From positions 65,536,001 to 65,600,000 of the forward strand of contig NC_087437.1 of assembly GCF_036321535.1 (NCBI RefSeq): 64,000 bases of DNA. The letters are read 5' to 3'. Positions 40,158-53,237 of the stretch are shown one piece after another. The notes beneath the pieces were generated by a model that was not told the origin of the DNA, did not search any database, and saw only the letters and a list, made by a program, of their open reading frames with translations. The stretch comes from Camelus dromedarius. Its lineage: Eukaryota. The number at the start of each line of letters is the position of its first letter. Within the stretch, counting starts at the first letter, position 1. Position numbers and translations under genes: made by a program.

Positions 40158-42639
40158 AAAAACTCTCAGTAAACCAGGAATAGAGAGGAACTTCTTCATA
40201 AATTATACTTAATAAAGAATATCTATAAAAATCCTACACCAACATCACACTTAATGGTGAGAAACTAGATGCTTGTTCCCTAAGATCAGAGACAAGGGAA
40301 GGATGTCCCTTTTCACCACTCCTATTCAACACTGTATTAGAAGACCTAGCTACTGTAACATGAAAATTAAAAAGAAATAAAAGATATATAGCTTGGGAAA
40401 AAATTAGGTCTATGTTCACAGAAGACAAGATTGTCTATGTAGAAAATTCCAAAGAACTGACAAAAACAATCTCCTAAAACTAATAAACAATTTTAGTAAG
40501 GTTTCAGGATACAGGACAATTGCTGTCAACTGCCTTCCTCTATAACATAAATAAACAATTGGAATTTAAATTTGAAAACACAATACCATCTATAATAGCA
40601 CCAAAACAATGAGATGCATAGATATAATTCTAACATAATATTACAAGATCTGCATGCAGAAAACTTCCAGGGGTTAGTAATGGGATGGGGAGGGATGAGA
40701 GTGAGTGTAACTATAAAGGTGTAGCACAAAAAAGATCTCTGTGATAATAGAATACTTATTGTATTTTGATTGTAGTAGTGGTTACATGAGCATCCACATG
40801 TGATAAAATTGCATAAATTTATGCAGACTCTACTACACACACATACACAAACACACAAATTAGTGAACAAATAGTTGGGGAAATCTGAAACTGTGGGTTG
40901 TATAATGTCAATCTCCTAGTTAATACTGTACTATAGTTATACAAGATATAATAATTGGGGGAAACTAAGTGAAGGGGACACAGAACCTCTCTGTACTATT
41001 TTCCAAATTCCTGCAAATATACAATTATTCCAAAGTAAAGTTTTCTAAAAAGTGAAATAATGACAAACAAAACCTGAGTGAATGCATCATAACAAACCTG
41101 AAGTAAAATAAAGAATAAAGAATATTCTTCAGGAAGAAGAAAATGAATCCAAACAGAATTATAGGAGGAGATAAGGATCAAAAGAAAGAATAAATATATA
41201 GTGGTAAAATACATCAATATAAACTGAATATTGACATTCTTTCTCTATTAGTATATTAGAAACTATATTAGTAATGCATTATAGAGTTTAAAGTGAATCT
41301 AGAAATAAAATACAATGTCAAATATTCAAAAGGCAAGGGGGATGGTAAATGGAGGTAAAGTTTAAGTTACTGTCATTATCAAAGAAATGTATAGGAAATA
41401 CTGTTTCAGACTGAAATAAGTGAAGGTTCTATGTTGAAATCTCTAAGTTTAGCCCTTAAACAAGAGTGAAAAAAATATATATATAGGCTTCATATAGGGA
41501 GAAAAGGACAATAAAAAGTTTAAGTCAAAAGAAAGTAAGGAAAATTAAAAAGAAACATAAAAATTAGAGTGAAATAAAAAACAATATGATAGCAGATATA
41601 AACCAAGATACATGAGAAATTATATTAAATGTAAATATACCTAGTACAAGACCCAGATTGTCAGATTAATTTTTTAAATTATATGTTTATAGAAAAGAAC
41701 ATAGAGACACAGTAAAATAGTGAGAAAATACATACCATGCAAACACTAACTTAAGAAAGCTGGTATAGCTATATAAATATCAACAATGTATATTCTAAGA
41801 CAAGACATATTACTAAAGAGAATAGGGATATTTCATATTGATAAAGGAATAAATATATATGGAAGATAGGACAATTATAAATCTGTATGCATTCAACAAT
41901 TTAGCTTCAAAACATATAAATTGTTAATGTTAAAAAGAGAAACAGTAAAATCTATAATCATAGTAGAATTTAACACTCCTCTCTATACCACGTAGAAATC
42001 ATTAATAATTAAAAATCCAAACAACACAATTAACAAACCTGTTCTAATTTACATATATAGAACAAGAACCCAACAACAGATGAGTAAAAGTACAGTTTGT
42101 GCACATTTACCAGAAGCATTCCTATTTGAAACCATAACACAAGTCAACAAATGCCAAAGGAACTGAAATCATATAGACAACAATCTCTCCACAGTATTAT
42201 TTGTTTACTTACAATAAAAAAAGAAAAACAGAAAACCTCCAACTGCTTAGAAATTAAGTCATTAATAAATAACACAAGAAATCATAGAGAATTTGTAAAA
42301 GATTTTAGTTTCACATTAATAAAGACAAGACATACCTAAAATCTGCAAATCAGCTAAAACTATTATTTAGAGGAAAAATTTTATCGTTAAATTCATTTGT
42401 CATAACAGAGGACATATTAAATCAGTTACACAGGTTTCCATCTCCAGAATCTAGTTAAAGGACAGTTAATCACACCCAATAAAAGTAGCAAAGAGTAGAA
42501 ATCAATGAACTAGAATGATATATATTGTTCAATTGAAGAACTCAACAAATCTATCAAAATGATAAAAATGATAAATTCCCAGAAGATTGATCATGAAAAA
42601 AGATAACTTAAAATCACCAATATAAAGAATGAAAACCAG

Positions 42640-43056
42640 ATCTTCTTTATCCATTCATCTGTTGATGGACACTTAGGCTGCATCCATGTCTTGTCTATTG
42701 TAAATAGTGCTGCTATGAACAGTGGGGTGTATATATTTTTTAGAATTAGAGTTTTTGTCTTTTCTGAATATATGCCCAGGAGTAGAAATGCTGAAGCACA
42801 TGGTAGCTCTATTTTTAGTTTTTTAAGGAAATTCCATACTGTCTTCCATAATGGTTGCGCCGATTTACATTCCCACCAACACTATAGGAGGGTTCCTTTT
42901 TCTCCACACCCTCCCCAGCATTCAGTATTTGTAGACTTCTTGATGATAATCAATCTGACTGGTATGAGGTGATACCTCACTGTAGTTTTGACCTTCATGT
43001 CTCTGATTATTAGTGATGTGAGCATCTTTTCATGTGCCTGTTGGCCATCTATAAAG

Positions 43057-43102
<46 letters not shown>

Positions 43103-43561
43103 GGATTATTAAACAGCCATAAAAAAGAATGAAATATTGCCATCTGCAGCAACATGGATGGACCTAGAGAATATACTAAATGATGTAAGTCAGACAAAGA
43201 TAAATATTATATCACTTATATGTGAAATATAAAAAATAATACAAATGAATCTATTTACAAAACAGAAACAGACTCACAGATATAGAAAACAAACTTACAG
43301 TTACCAAAGGGGGAATGGGGAAGGTAAATTAGGAGTATGAATTAACAGACACTACTATATATAAAATAGGTAAGCAACAAGTATTTACTGCATAACTCAG
43401 GGAACAATATTCAATATCTTGTAATAACCTATAATGGAAAATAATCTTAAATATATATATATATAACTGAATCACTTTGCTGTACACCTGAAACTAATAT
43501 GATATTGTAAATCAACTATACTTCAATTAAAAAAGAGAGTGAGATGGAGAAAAGAGAAGAA
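42640..43561 (+). mobile_element. 5'-inverted (twin-primed) L1 insertion
   Basis: 42641-43050 is minus-strand ORF2 end, and 43051-43535 is plus-strand end of ORF2 and 3'UTR with a (CA)n tract. 16-bp TSD aaagaatgaaaa[c/a]cag at 42624-42639 and 43562-43577. Confidence 0.9.
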
Positions 43562-44075
43562 AAAGAATGAAAAACAGGAAATTACTACAGATGCTACTGT
43601 TAAGGCCAATAAATTTAAAAGTTTTGATGAACAGGATAAATTTCTTAAAAAACACAAGTTATCAAAACTGACTCCAGGAAAAACAGAATATCTGAATATT
43701 CCTAAACCTATTAAGAAAATTGAATATGCAATTTAAAATCTTCCCCCAGAGAAAAACCCAGGCCCAGATTGCTTTATTTGTGATTTTTTTTCAAATTTTA
43801 AGAAAGAAATGACACCAATCTTCCACAAGTACTTGTAGGGTTTAGAAAAGAGGAAACATTCCATTTTATAAGGTCAAAATAACTACAGCATGAGAACCTA
43901 ACAGGGAATTCAAAAGAAAGGAAATTTACATTCTAAACGCTTGTTAACATAGATTTAGAAAAAACTCTTAAACAACTTAAGCAAAATATTAGCAAATTCA
44001 GCATATATAGTAATGCTACTACATCACTAAAGTTGTACTTATTCTGGGAATACAAGCGTCATTTAACATTCAAAA

Positions 44076-44203
44076 GTGGGAAGGCACAGCTCAAGTGGTA
44101 GAGTGCATGCTTAGCATGCACAAAGGACCTGGGTTCAATCCCCAAGGCCTCCCCTAAAAACAAATAAACCTAATTACCACCCCCCCACAAAAAAAGAAAA
44201 AGA
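44076..44203 (+). mobile_element. tRNA-derived SINE (camelid vic-1-like)
   Basis: A box cagctcaagtggtagag, B box gggttcaatccc, then taaacctaattacc and an A-tail; 11-bp TSD taacattcaaa at 44064-44074 and 44204-44214. Confidence 0.9.
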
Positions 44204-44518
44204 TAACATTCAAAGATCAATTGATGTCATTTACCACACTAATAGATAAAAAAGGGAAAAAATCATATGATCATCACAATAGATTCACAAGAACTATGTG
44301 ATAAAAGCCAACATCCATTCACAATTTTAAAATATATATGCTTATAACAAATTAGAAGCAAAAGAAGCTTCCTGAAACTAATAAAATAGATCTATTTTAA
44401 AAACTTACAGTAAACATGTACTTAAAGGTGAAATAATAAAAATATTCTCCCTAAGATCAGTAAGTAGACAAGAAAAGCATTGTCCTTGACCTTTTTATTT
44501 AATATTATACTGGAAGTC

Positions 44519-45074
44519 TATAGTGGACAGATTCCACGGTAGTCCCCATGATCGCCATCTCCTGATGCCCTTACCTTTGCATAATCCCCTTCCCCTTCAG
44601 TGTGCACAGGACCTATGATTTGCTTTTAACCAAAAGAAAATGGCAAGGGTCATGAGATGTCACTTCCATGACTAAATTACATATGATTGTCACATTCATC
44701 TTGTGAGGAGACTCTCTCCCTTATTGGCTCTGAAGAAGAAAGCTGCTACATTGTGAGCTGGCCTATGGAGACGGCCATATGGCAAGCAACTGAGGATAGC
44801 TTCTGTTCAACAGTCAGCAAAAACTAAGCCCCTCAGTCCAACAGCAACAACCAAATAATTTTGAAAATGGATCCTTTCTCAATCAAGCCTCAGATAAAGC
44901 TACTGCCCTGGCAGCTATCTTAATTGCAGTTTGTGAGATCCTAAAATAGAAACTCATCTAAGCTAAGTCTCCTGAATGAGGTAAGAAACACAAACTCTGA
45001 GATAAGAAAAGTGTATTGTTTTAAGCCACTGAGTTTGTGGTAATACTGTCACACAGCAATAAATAAGTAATACA
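44519..45074 (+). mobile_element. MaLR solo LTR (MLT1E/F-like)
   Basis: Diagnostic 3' end tgttttaagccactgagtttgtggtaat...cagcaataaataagtaataca; 5-bp TSD aagtc/cagtc. Confidence 0.85.
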
Positions 45075-47132
45075 CAGTCTTAACCCCAATACAATAATAA
45101 AAAGAAATTAGTATATATATATATTATATATAAATTAGTATATATATTAGTATTGTATATATATATATAAAAGTATAAAGAAGAAAATAAAACTATCATT
45201 TGAAGATGGGAGGATTGTGTACATAGGAATCTACAATAAACTATTTGAATTATTAATTGAATTTAAGCAAAGTCATTGGATACAAAGTCAACATGCAAAG
45301 ATAAATTATATTTCCATATTCCAACAAAAATAATATAGAGATGATACATCATCATTATGAACAATGTATAATAGCATCTTAAATTATCAAATATTTTTGA
45401 TCAAATGTAACAAAAATGTAAAAGACCTCTACAAAGGAAACTATAAATGTTATTTAGAAAAATCAAAGAAGACCTAAGTAAGTAGTAGGATATAAATATA
45501 CCATGTTCAATTCTCTGACTGTTTATGATTCATACAATGAGTTAATGTCATCATTGTTAATGACAATTAATCAGTATTGCCACTCCCAGTCATTACGGGG
45601 AATGTCTTTTCTCCCCAAACTGATCTACACATTCAAGATATTTCTAAACAAAATTTCAGCAAGTGTGTTTGTGGAATTTGACAAGCTATTTCTAAAATTT
45701 AAATGGAAATACAAAAGTTAACAGGATGATTGAAGTAGAATGGTTAATCAAAGAATATTCATTAAATTAAATACTACATAATGATGAAAATAATAAACTA
45801 AGGCTACATGCAATATGGTTGAAACTTACAAACATAATGTTGAGCAAAAGAAGCCAAATACAAACAAGTATATCTGTACAATTCCATTTCTATAATTGTC
45901 AAAAACAACAGGCAAAATTAATCTTTAGTGTTTGAAGTCAGATTGTGTTAAACCTTGGGGGTTAGGTTGTGACTGGAAGGTAACACAGGGAGTTTCTGTG
46001 GTTTTAGTAAGTTTCTGTTTCTTGATTTGTGTGTTTTCTAGATGACGTAAATTTATTTTAAGGCATACACAATATTTACAGTTCTTGATAATTCAGCAAT
46101 ATTTGCAAAGACACCAAAAAAAAGAATAAGGAAGCTTTCTATGTACTGATAAGGAATGATCTTAAGAATATATATAAAGAGAAAAAAGCAAGATACAAAA
46201 CTGTATAACATACTACAATTTGTGTAACAGAAATATATGATATTTTCATATTTGCCTATAAATAAATAAGGAAGAAAATATGTTACATATAATATTTGCT
46301 TATATGTATACAAAATGAATCTCTGGAAAGATGGAAGAAATTAATAACACTGCTTGCCTCTGATGATAGGGACTAAGTATCTAGGGGACAGGAGTGGAAG
46401 AAAGATCCTTCACTATACATACAACTTTTATGTTTTAAATGTCAAACCAGGCAAACGTGTTAATTACTTAAGAAAATTTTAAAAGAAAAATCATTCAAAT
46501 TATCTTTATAAAGCAATAAAGCATTTTAAATTTAGTTTATAAATTGTGTCACCAAAAGCCAACTCTGATGGACCAAGTTTGCTAGAGAATGCATAAATTA
46601 TAGAGTTCTTAACAAAAATTTCTTCCTGGTAGTTTAGCTAATATTCCTTAGAAGTAGTCTGATAATATTAATTAGCAGAACATCACAGATAGAATAAATA
46701 AACTCTAATATAATAAGTACAAATAATTTATGATCTGCATATCATAGCCTAACTGTTGAATTTTACTTGAAAACCATATAAAACAACTCTATGCTTCCTC
46801 CAACATTATATAATTTATGATCAGTGATAGTATGGGTTGTTAATATGCCTAAAATGTGAATGTTTGACTTTATTCATTTTTCAGGTCATGCATCACAAAA
46901 ATCAAAGCAGTTTTCCTTCCATATTTAGGTTTATAAAGTCAGATATGAGAGGATTCCAAGGTTCAACCACTAAAAGCAGCTGGAATATCTAAAACTATTC
47001 CTCAACAATCTAAGCATGGTTGTTGCCTTCAAAAATTGTAAGACTAAAGACTGAAGGTACCATAATTTTAAAAAATCCCTAAAATTTATAAACTAAATAT
47101 GCATATATGTATATGTCATAAGCATAAGTATA

Positions 47133-47438
47133 TGTAAACAAAGACTGTTGCCATTCTAGTTCTACAGGGATTAATTGCAATCCAATGCAGGCACCCACTG
47201 ACAGTATACCCAGAGCGTAATTCAGGACAGAAAAACATAGGATGAAGCATTCTGTGTTATGACTGTATAGCCCCTAGACAGTTAAAATGCATATCTAAGG
47301 AAGAATTTCAATGACCCCAGATTCTTACATCTTCCCACACATAGAAAAGCACTAAAATCATTAACTTCAGATGTCTGTTCTTTGTGATTAGCAGTAATCT
47401 TTAATGCTTGATTTCATATATTTCCCAGACCAAAAAAA

Positions 47439-47496
<58 letters not shown>

Positions 47497-47640
47497 TTTT
47501 TTTTCGTTCCTCCCCTACTTCTTCAGAGAAGTTCCTCAGAGCTATCTGATAGGCTATCTTCCAGGCTATAGTCCTTAGTAAGACCCTCAATAAAACTTAA
47601 CTCACAACTCTCACATTGTGCATCTTTCTTTCATTCAACA
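47133..47640 (+). mobile_element. ERV1-type solo LTR with an internal (TA)n(TG)n microsatellite
   Basis: Candidate TG start; ends cctcAATAAAacttaactcacaactctcacattgtgc...tcaaCA; (TG)n at about 47452-47494. 5' boundary uncertain. Confidence 0.7.
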
Positions 47641-49617
47641 GGTATGTAGAAATTTATATAGTTAAATGGCTGATTTAAGAGGGCTTAGAGTTCTCAAAGA
47701 CGCTTGGTTATTGCTTCTTTATTTACTTAAGCCTCACATTCACCATACATTTAAAGATATTTTCTCCTCCATAATAAATTGTGATATTTAATGATTATTT
47801 TCAAATTAAGATAATGAATTTATCTTTCTCAAAAAGATAAATATCACATTTTTGTAAGCATTAAAATAGGAAATTCCTGCAAAGTTCCTAAGATTTAAAT
47901 TTGTCTGAAATCTGTCAGCTTACACTTTTATGTTGCTACCAGTTAAATCCACCCCAATTGATATAATAAAATTATAATTGGAAATCATTACCATCAATCA
48001 TTTCTTCTCCCCAAAATGGCCATAAAAAAGGCCAGAATATTTCCTTCAACATTCCAATTATGAAAGGGAAAAAACTCATTCTGTACATCTACACAGAAGT
48101 GTAGGGCTGGATCTACTCAAAACATTGACAAACAAAAAGTCTTGCAAGCAGAGAGAGATAAAATCAATATGGTAATATCTGAGTAAGTAATATTTTTAGT
48201 GGTAAAGATATAAGGAACAGTATGACAATTCTTGACTGATCTTTATGTTTTTCAATATCCTGAAATTTCTGCTAAATTACTTATTTTAAAATTTAAGATA
48301 AAATAACCAAAATTAGATCTAATCTAAAGAAAGAAGTCCTATCTGGTTTTAGTAAATACCTAAAATATAAATTTCCTCCTCTCAAAAAATACTGGATATA
48401 ATAAAAACTTCCATTGATGCTGAATCCCAAAATACTGTGGACATGATAGTCATGAATACTACTCAGAATACTGAAGATTAATGATTTTAATAGTATAGTA
48501 TGCATATAAGAAGAAAAAGAAAAAGCTTCAGGTAGAAAAAGAAAGACTGTCCATATAGGTGCTATCCTTTTTCTCACCAAAACTATAAAAACTGGTTTAC
48601 TTCATTAAGCTCTGCCCATAAAGTGATGATTCCTTATGAACTATTACCATTCAACAAAATTAAAATAAAACGAGCACTTTCTTGAGCTCTCAGTAGTGAC
48701 TGCCTGTCTCTATTATTCACCTACCTCAGTTTGAATAGTACTTGCTAATCTGTGTAAATTTACTTCTCAGGGGTTTCTTTTCATTCATTAACATCAAATT
48801 TTCCTGTGAAGCCCATCTCATTCACTGCAAAGAGTTTGACTATTTCCCAAATAATAAACAAATATCAGATCATTTTATAATTAAGATAATTAACAGAGAT
48901 AATAAAATACAAATTTTACTCCATCTCGAGGTAGATTATCAGTTACGTAGATGTCTGTTATATTCTAGGTCTGGTTGAAACTAACATTAGAAACACTAAA
49001 ATTTGGTACAGCTTGTTACAAATAAAATCTAATAAAATTTTCCATATTCATTCATATAATTTTCTTTTTCTGATTATTATATCATTATAAAGTGGGAGAA
49101 TTTGAATTCTGATCAATTTACCATCTTTAAAAACATTAACCTTGGATATGTAGTGTTGCTCAACAGTTAGTACCAACATTTCTGTATGTCTAAAACTTTT
49201 GTCTCAGTACTTTTTCAAGGTAAAAAAATATTTCAAGGTAAAAAAATAACAAAAGGGTAGAAGTATAGGAAATAACTGCCATGATCAAAAGGTGTAGAAA
49301 TACATTTAGTATTTACTTGACTTTTAAATTTTAAGTCTGGGTTTTCAGCACCCTAGCCTAAGGAAAAGAACACATCATTGCTGAAGTCCTGATTTACAGC
49401 AAGGAGAACAAGAATGTTAGGCGTTCCCCATTAGATGACTGATTCTGTATCAATTATGAACTTTCTATGAAAATAAACGATTATAAAACCAAGCACAAAT
49501 ACTATTTCTAGCTATTAGAATTATGAAAAAAAAAATTCTTTCAAAAGTTAACCTGAAACTTGCTCAGGAAATAATTTTCTTACATATTAAGTAATTGTTT
49601 AACTCATACATTCTTAC

Positions 49618-49718
49618 CGTTCTCGGTTAAATTTAAGAGAATGAAGAATAGCTGGTCTTTTTTGTCTAAGGTTCCACAAATGAAGTGTATCATCTGAGCC
49701 GGCACTGACCAAAGCACC
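49618..49718 (-). CDS. STXBP5L: STXBP5L coding exon, 101 nt
   Basis: ttttgttccag|GGT GCT...GAA CG|gtaag = GALVSAGSDDTLHLWNLRQKRPAILHSLKFNRE(R). FNRER matches tomosyn-2 as I recall it, versus FCRER in STXBP5. Confidence 0.97.
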
Positions 49719-50345
49719 CTGGAACAAAAAGAAGACAAAGTGAGTGATTTACTTGAATTATGTTATTTGTGAAGCAAAAACAAGCCAATTTACTGAATTT
49801 TTCACTGCTTTTAATGTTATTTGTTATTCATCTGACCTAGAAGTGTGAGGAAGGACGATTAGCACACACTTCACTCAAGAAGCCTAAAAATGCTAAGAGT
49901 AGAAGAAGCAGGTGAACTACTGTATATAAACTGGTGAGAATAACTGGCTTAAGAAATATGCATTTATCAATGAAAGGATTACTATTTAAGCATCATTGTG
50001 ACTATTCAAGATTTCTTATATTTTCTTTGGGAAAAACTAAGTTTAATTTTTTTGTTTCTACTATTTAGACATATACCATGTAGCTCTACAGAGAATCAAA
50101 TATCCAACCTAGTTTTAAAATTGCAATCTGGCCATATAAAAATTCACCATTTGTAAGAATCTGCTATATAGTCGGGAAGTATATATTCTTCCTAAAAAGT
50201 ATATTTGGTGTAATTTAATTTGTTTTTATAGTTCAAGAAGCATCATCTATGACAAAAGAAAACATTTCTCCAACTAGAATTCACTATAACTACAAAAATA
50301 ATACTAAGATTCTTTTTATACAAAGCCTCCAAACATAAATGAATC

Positions 50346-50429
50346 CTATTTCATTTATAATAGGATGCTTTCTACCTCTTAGTATAGCTATTTCATTTAT
50401 AATAGGATGCTTTCTACATCTTAGTATAG
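50346..50429. repeat. 42-bp tandem duplication (2 copies, 1 mismatch)
   Basis: ctatttcatttataataggatgctttctac[c/a]tcttagtatag occurs twice. Confidence 0.95.
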
Positions 50430-52665
50430 CAGACACCATATAGACAGAAAACTAGCTGCCATGTATAACTTCATATACATACATTTATTTATTTCACTGA
50501 GTTAAGAAAGATCACCTTAAACTATGTTAGAACTTTTGCCATTTTGAGTTTCCCAGCAAATAATGTCAATGCCTGCCCTACATTAGAGCTTGAAGCTACT
50601 CTGGAGTATGGAATGTGTACTGTAAAACTCATCTTGCAGAATCATGGTAGTCCTGAGATACCTAAAATTCTTCTCTTATTTTACAAAGTACTCTGTTACA
50701 AGTAACCTTTCATAGTTTATTAAATCAATCACAGATATCAAAATGATCATCCCATGTAGATGCTAGGAAGAACTATATTGAAATTCCTAGAATTTATTTC
50801 TTCTTTAGGAGTTAGAGGAGAATTAACAATTAACAATTAACAATTCCTAAGACAAACATACGGTCATGTATCCTATGATGTTTCTCTCAATAATACGTAC
50901 CTGTGATTTTAGTCTCAAAGAAAAATAGCTTTTGAAACAACAATCATAATGAGAGAGTACAACCATTAAAAATATTTTAAAATGTGTACAATTTGCTTAT
51001 TTATATATAAATATATAAATACACATATTCAAAGAGGTATGCATTGACATATACATTTTAACATGAACTCATAAATAATTACATTCCATGCAGTAAAATG
51101 TACCCTATATGTGTCTTAAGGATTTTTTGTTTGTTTGCTTGTTTTATTTGTAAACTATTCCCAAATGTTTCATATATACACACTAGAAAATTATTAGGAT
51201 TGCTTGCAAGTACTTGATAAGCTACAAATTTTTTAAAAATATAGAATAGTGATCTCATTTTGCAGGAAAGTGGAAACTCATTTTGGGTGAGGGTGAGGAT
51301 AGACCATGATATATGAAATTAATAAAACATTCTCTATAGCAAATACATATGTGCTATACAAAAGATACAATACGTCAAAGGAAACGAAAGTAAAACAAAG
51401 CAGCAGATGGTCAATAATATCTTAGTGTAATAGCTGAATAAATCTAGGGAGGAAGTCAGTATTAGTAACTCTACGATAAAACTGGGAGGAAACTTATCAT
51501 TTGAGAGAAGTGAACAAAACCACTGGAAATAACACCAGCTGAGATATAAGACACCTGAAAAGAAGCACATCAGCAGGGTTTCTAGGGCTCATTTGCAAAA
51601 GCAAATCTGTAAGAAACACTACTAATGAAGATCTGTGAAAAGATTAAAAATTGAAGAAAACCACAGGTCATGAGGTCAGAAACTGGTATGTCTGGAAAAA
51701 GGTACAGAAGTTGAGTATAACACAGATCAAGGTGAGTAGTTCAGGATAAAGTAAACAATGGAAAGATGTTGAAGATTTATCTTTATTTATTCTTAGTTAT
51801 GTAACAGCAGAGGGGCAAACTTAGGGCCTTGAAGATAATTCTCAGAGGATAGGACACAGAGAAAAATCACATGGAAATAATTTATGCCTGCCAGTAAACA
51901 ACTATGCAGAAAGCAAAAGGGTGAGATCTCTCAACTACGAGCTACGGAGTAACACTAAGACTCTAAAAAGGTTGTCATCCTAGATACAAATGACTAATTA
52001 TTACAATAAAATTTTTTTTTAATGTTTTCCCTTTTCTTCCTTATTTCCCTTCCTTATTCTGGTACGCCACAGCAAATATGCCTAAAACATGAAATATGCT
52101 CGGTTTGTCAATAAGGAGAATCTCACAGCCTTCTGAAGAAGACTTTGAGCCAAGAGAAGTAAAAATGTGGACATTTGCCAATATCACTAATTTTTTCATT
52201 CCTCAGGTATCTCTGATATAAAGTTATATGAAACATTTCACCCATGTTTATGAGTATAAATTCTTAGAAAGATACATGTAAATATATAGAGATATTGAAT
52301 AAAAGATCATCATTCATGCCTTAAGGAAACAATCAGTGATACCTCATTTTTTTCCTCTCAAGGCACTGAGTTCAATCTGCTAAGTGCCTGAATTTGGTAT
52401 GGCATAAAATCTTAAAGCATTTTTGCATTGATTGGCTCACTTAACATAAAAGAGTTCTAGAAGACTCAAGGATCCTCTGTAAAAATATGAGTCAAGAAGA
52501 CCTTGAATAGCCTTCAACTAATGGAAGATCTGCAAACTCTGTAAGCTTTAAAACCTTTGTCTCTAGGGCGTTCCTCATCACCACAGGTCTATAAAAATAG
52601 GGGTAGGGCTGGCAGCCTATTGTCATAATAGCTATGCATACCTATACCAACAAACGCATATGAAG

Positions 52666-52704
<39 letters not shown>

Positions 52705-53133
52705 TAAATATATATAGACAAAAAGAGCCCATAAGTAAACAACTGAAAAGATTTAATGTACGATTGAGACAAAACATGAAATTATTGCTGGATTATAAAG
52801 CAAATTGGTGGGAGGAGAGTGTATAGAGGAAAAGTTTAATGGTCAATGAAGCAATCAAAGGATTTTAGGAATTTTTAAAAAATCATTTAAACTATTAATC
52901 AAATTATGCTACAGAATCACAATAACAGGATCTTCTTATACATACAAGTTTTTCCTTTAAAATTTAATAAGCTGACAAATACAGGAGTACAGTCTTTTAT
53001 GAAAAACATGACCATGAATAATATGTATACATCTTTAAGCATTTAGAATAATAATATAAAAAAAATTATACAATGTATGTGTTTGTATATGAGTGTGTGT
53101 GAGAGAGAGATAAATAGCCAAGAAAATCCTCAC

Positions 53134-53215
53134 CTCATTGATCAAAAATTGGAGCTGCAAAACAGCTGCACCACTTTCATGTTGACAATAACAATCAACA
53201 CCAGGTCTTCCAAGT
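53134..53215 (-). CDS. STXBP5L: STXBP5L (tomosyn-2) internal coding exon, 82 nt, probably exon 4 by human numbering
   Basis: Minus strand reads ...tattag|A CTT GGA AGA...AAT GAG|gtgagg = (I)LGRPGVDCYCQHESGAAVLQLQFLINE, a tomosyn WD40 segment; phase 2 in, phase 0 out. Confidence 0.96.
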
Positions 53216-53229
53216 CTAATATAACAAAG

Positions 53230-53237
53230 GTCAAGGA
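53230..53237 (-). promoter_or_regulatory. U12-type branch point sequence TCCTTGAC
   Basis: Minus strand reads gaaTCCTTGACctttgttatattag|exon. The branch A is 16 nt upstream of the exon and there is no strong polypyrimidine tract; fits the U12 consensus TCCTTRAC. Confidence 0.8.

Larger units (their letters stand above)
40158..46480 (+). mobile_element. Mosaic of old L1 (L1M-type) ORF2 and 3'UTR fragments hosting younger inserts
   Basis: Degenerate RT motifs (aatggtgagaaactagatgcttgttccctaagatcag; ccaggcccagattgcttt) and old-type 3'UTRs at about 40670-41040 and 45760-46480. Confidence 0.75.

Noticed and set aside
44076..44150. tRNA gene
   Set aside because: The A and B boxes belong to a SINE with a family-specific tail, A-tract and TSD.
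44483..44490. Second TCCTTGAC U12-like motif
   Set aside because: On the + strand (antisense to the gene), inside an old L1, with no exon following.
202..53215. Assignment to STXBP5 (tomosyn-1) or LLGL
   Set aside because: Residues FNRERITYC, DSPRDEGK, GYENGTVVFW and AELRVYYDE fit STXBP5L as I recall the paralogues.
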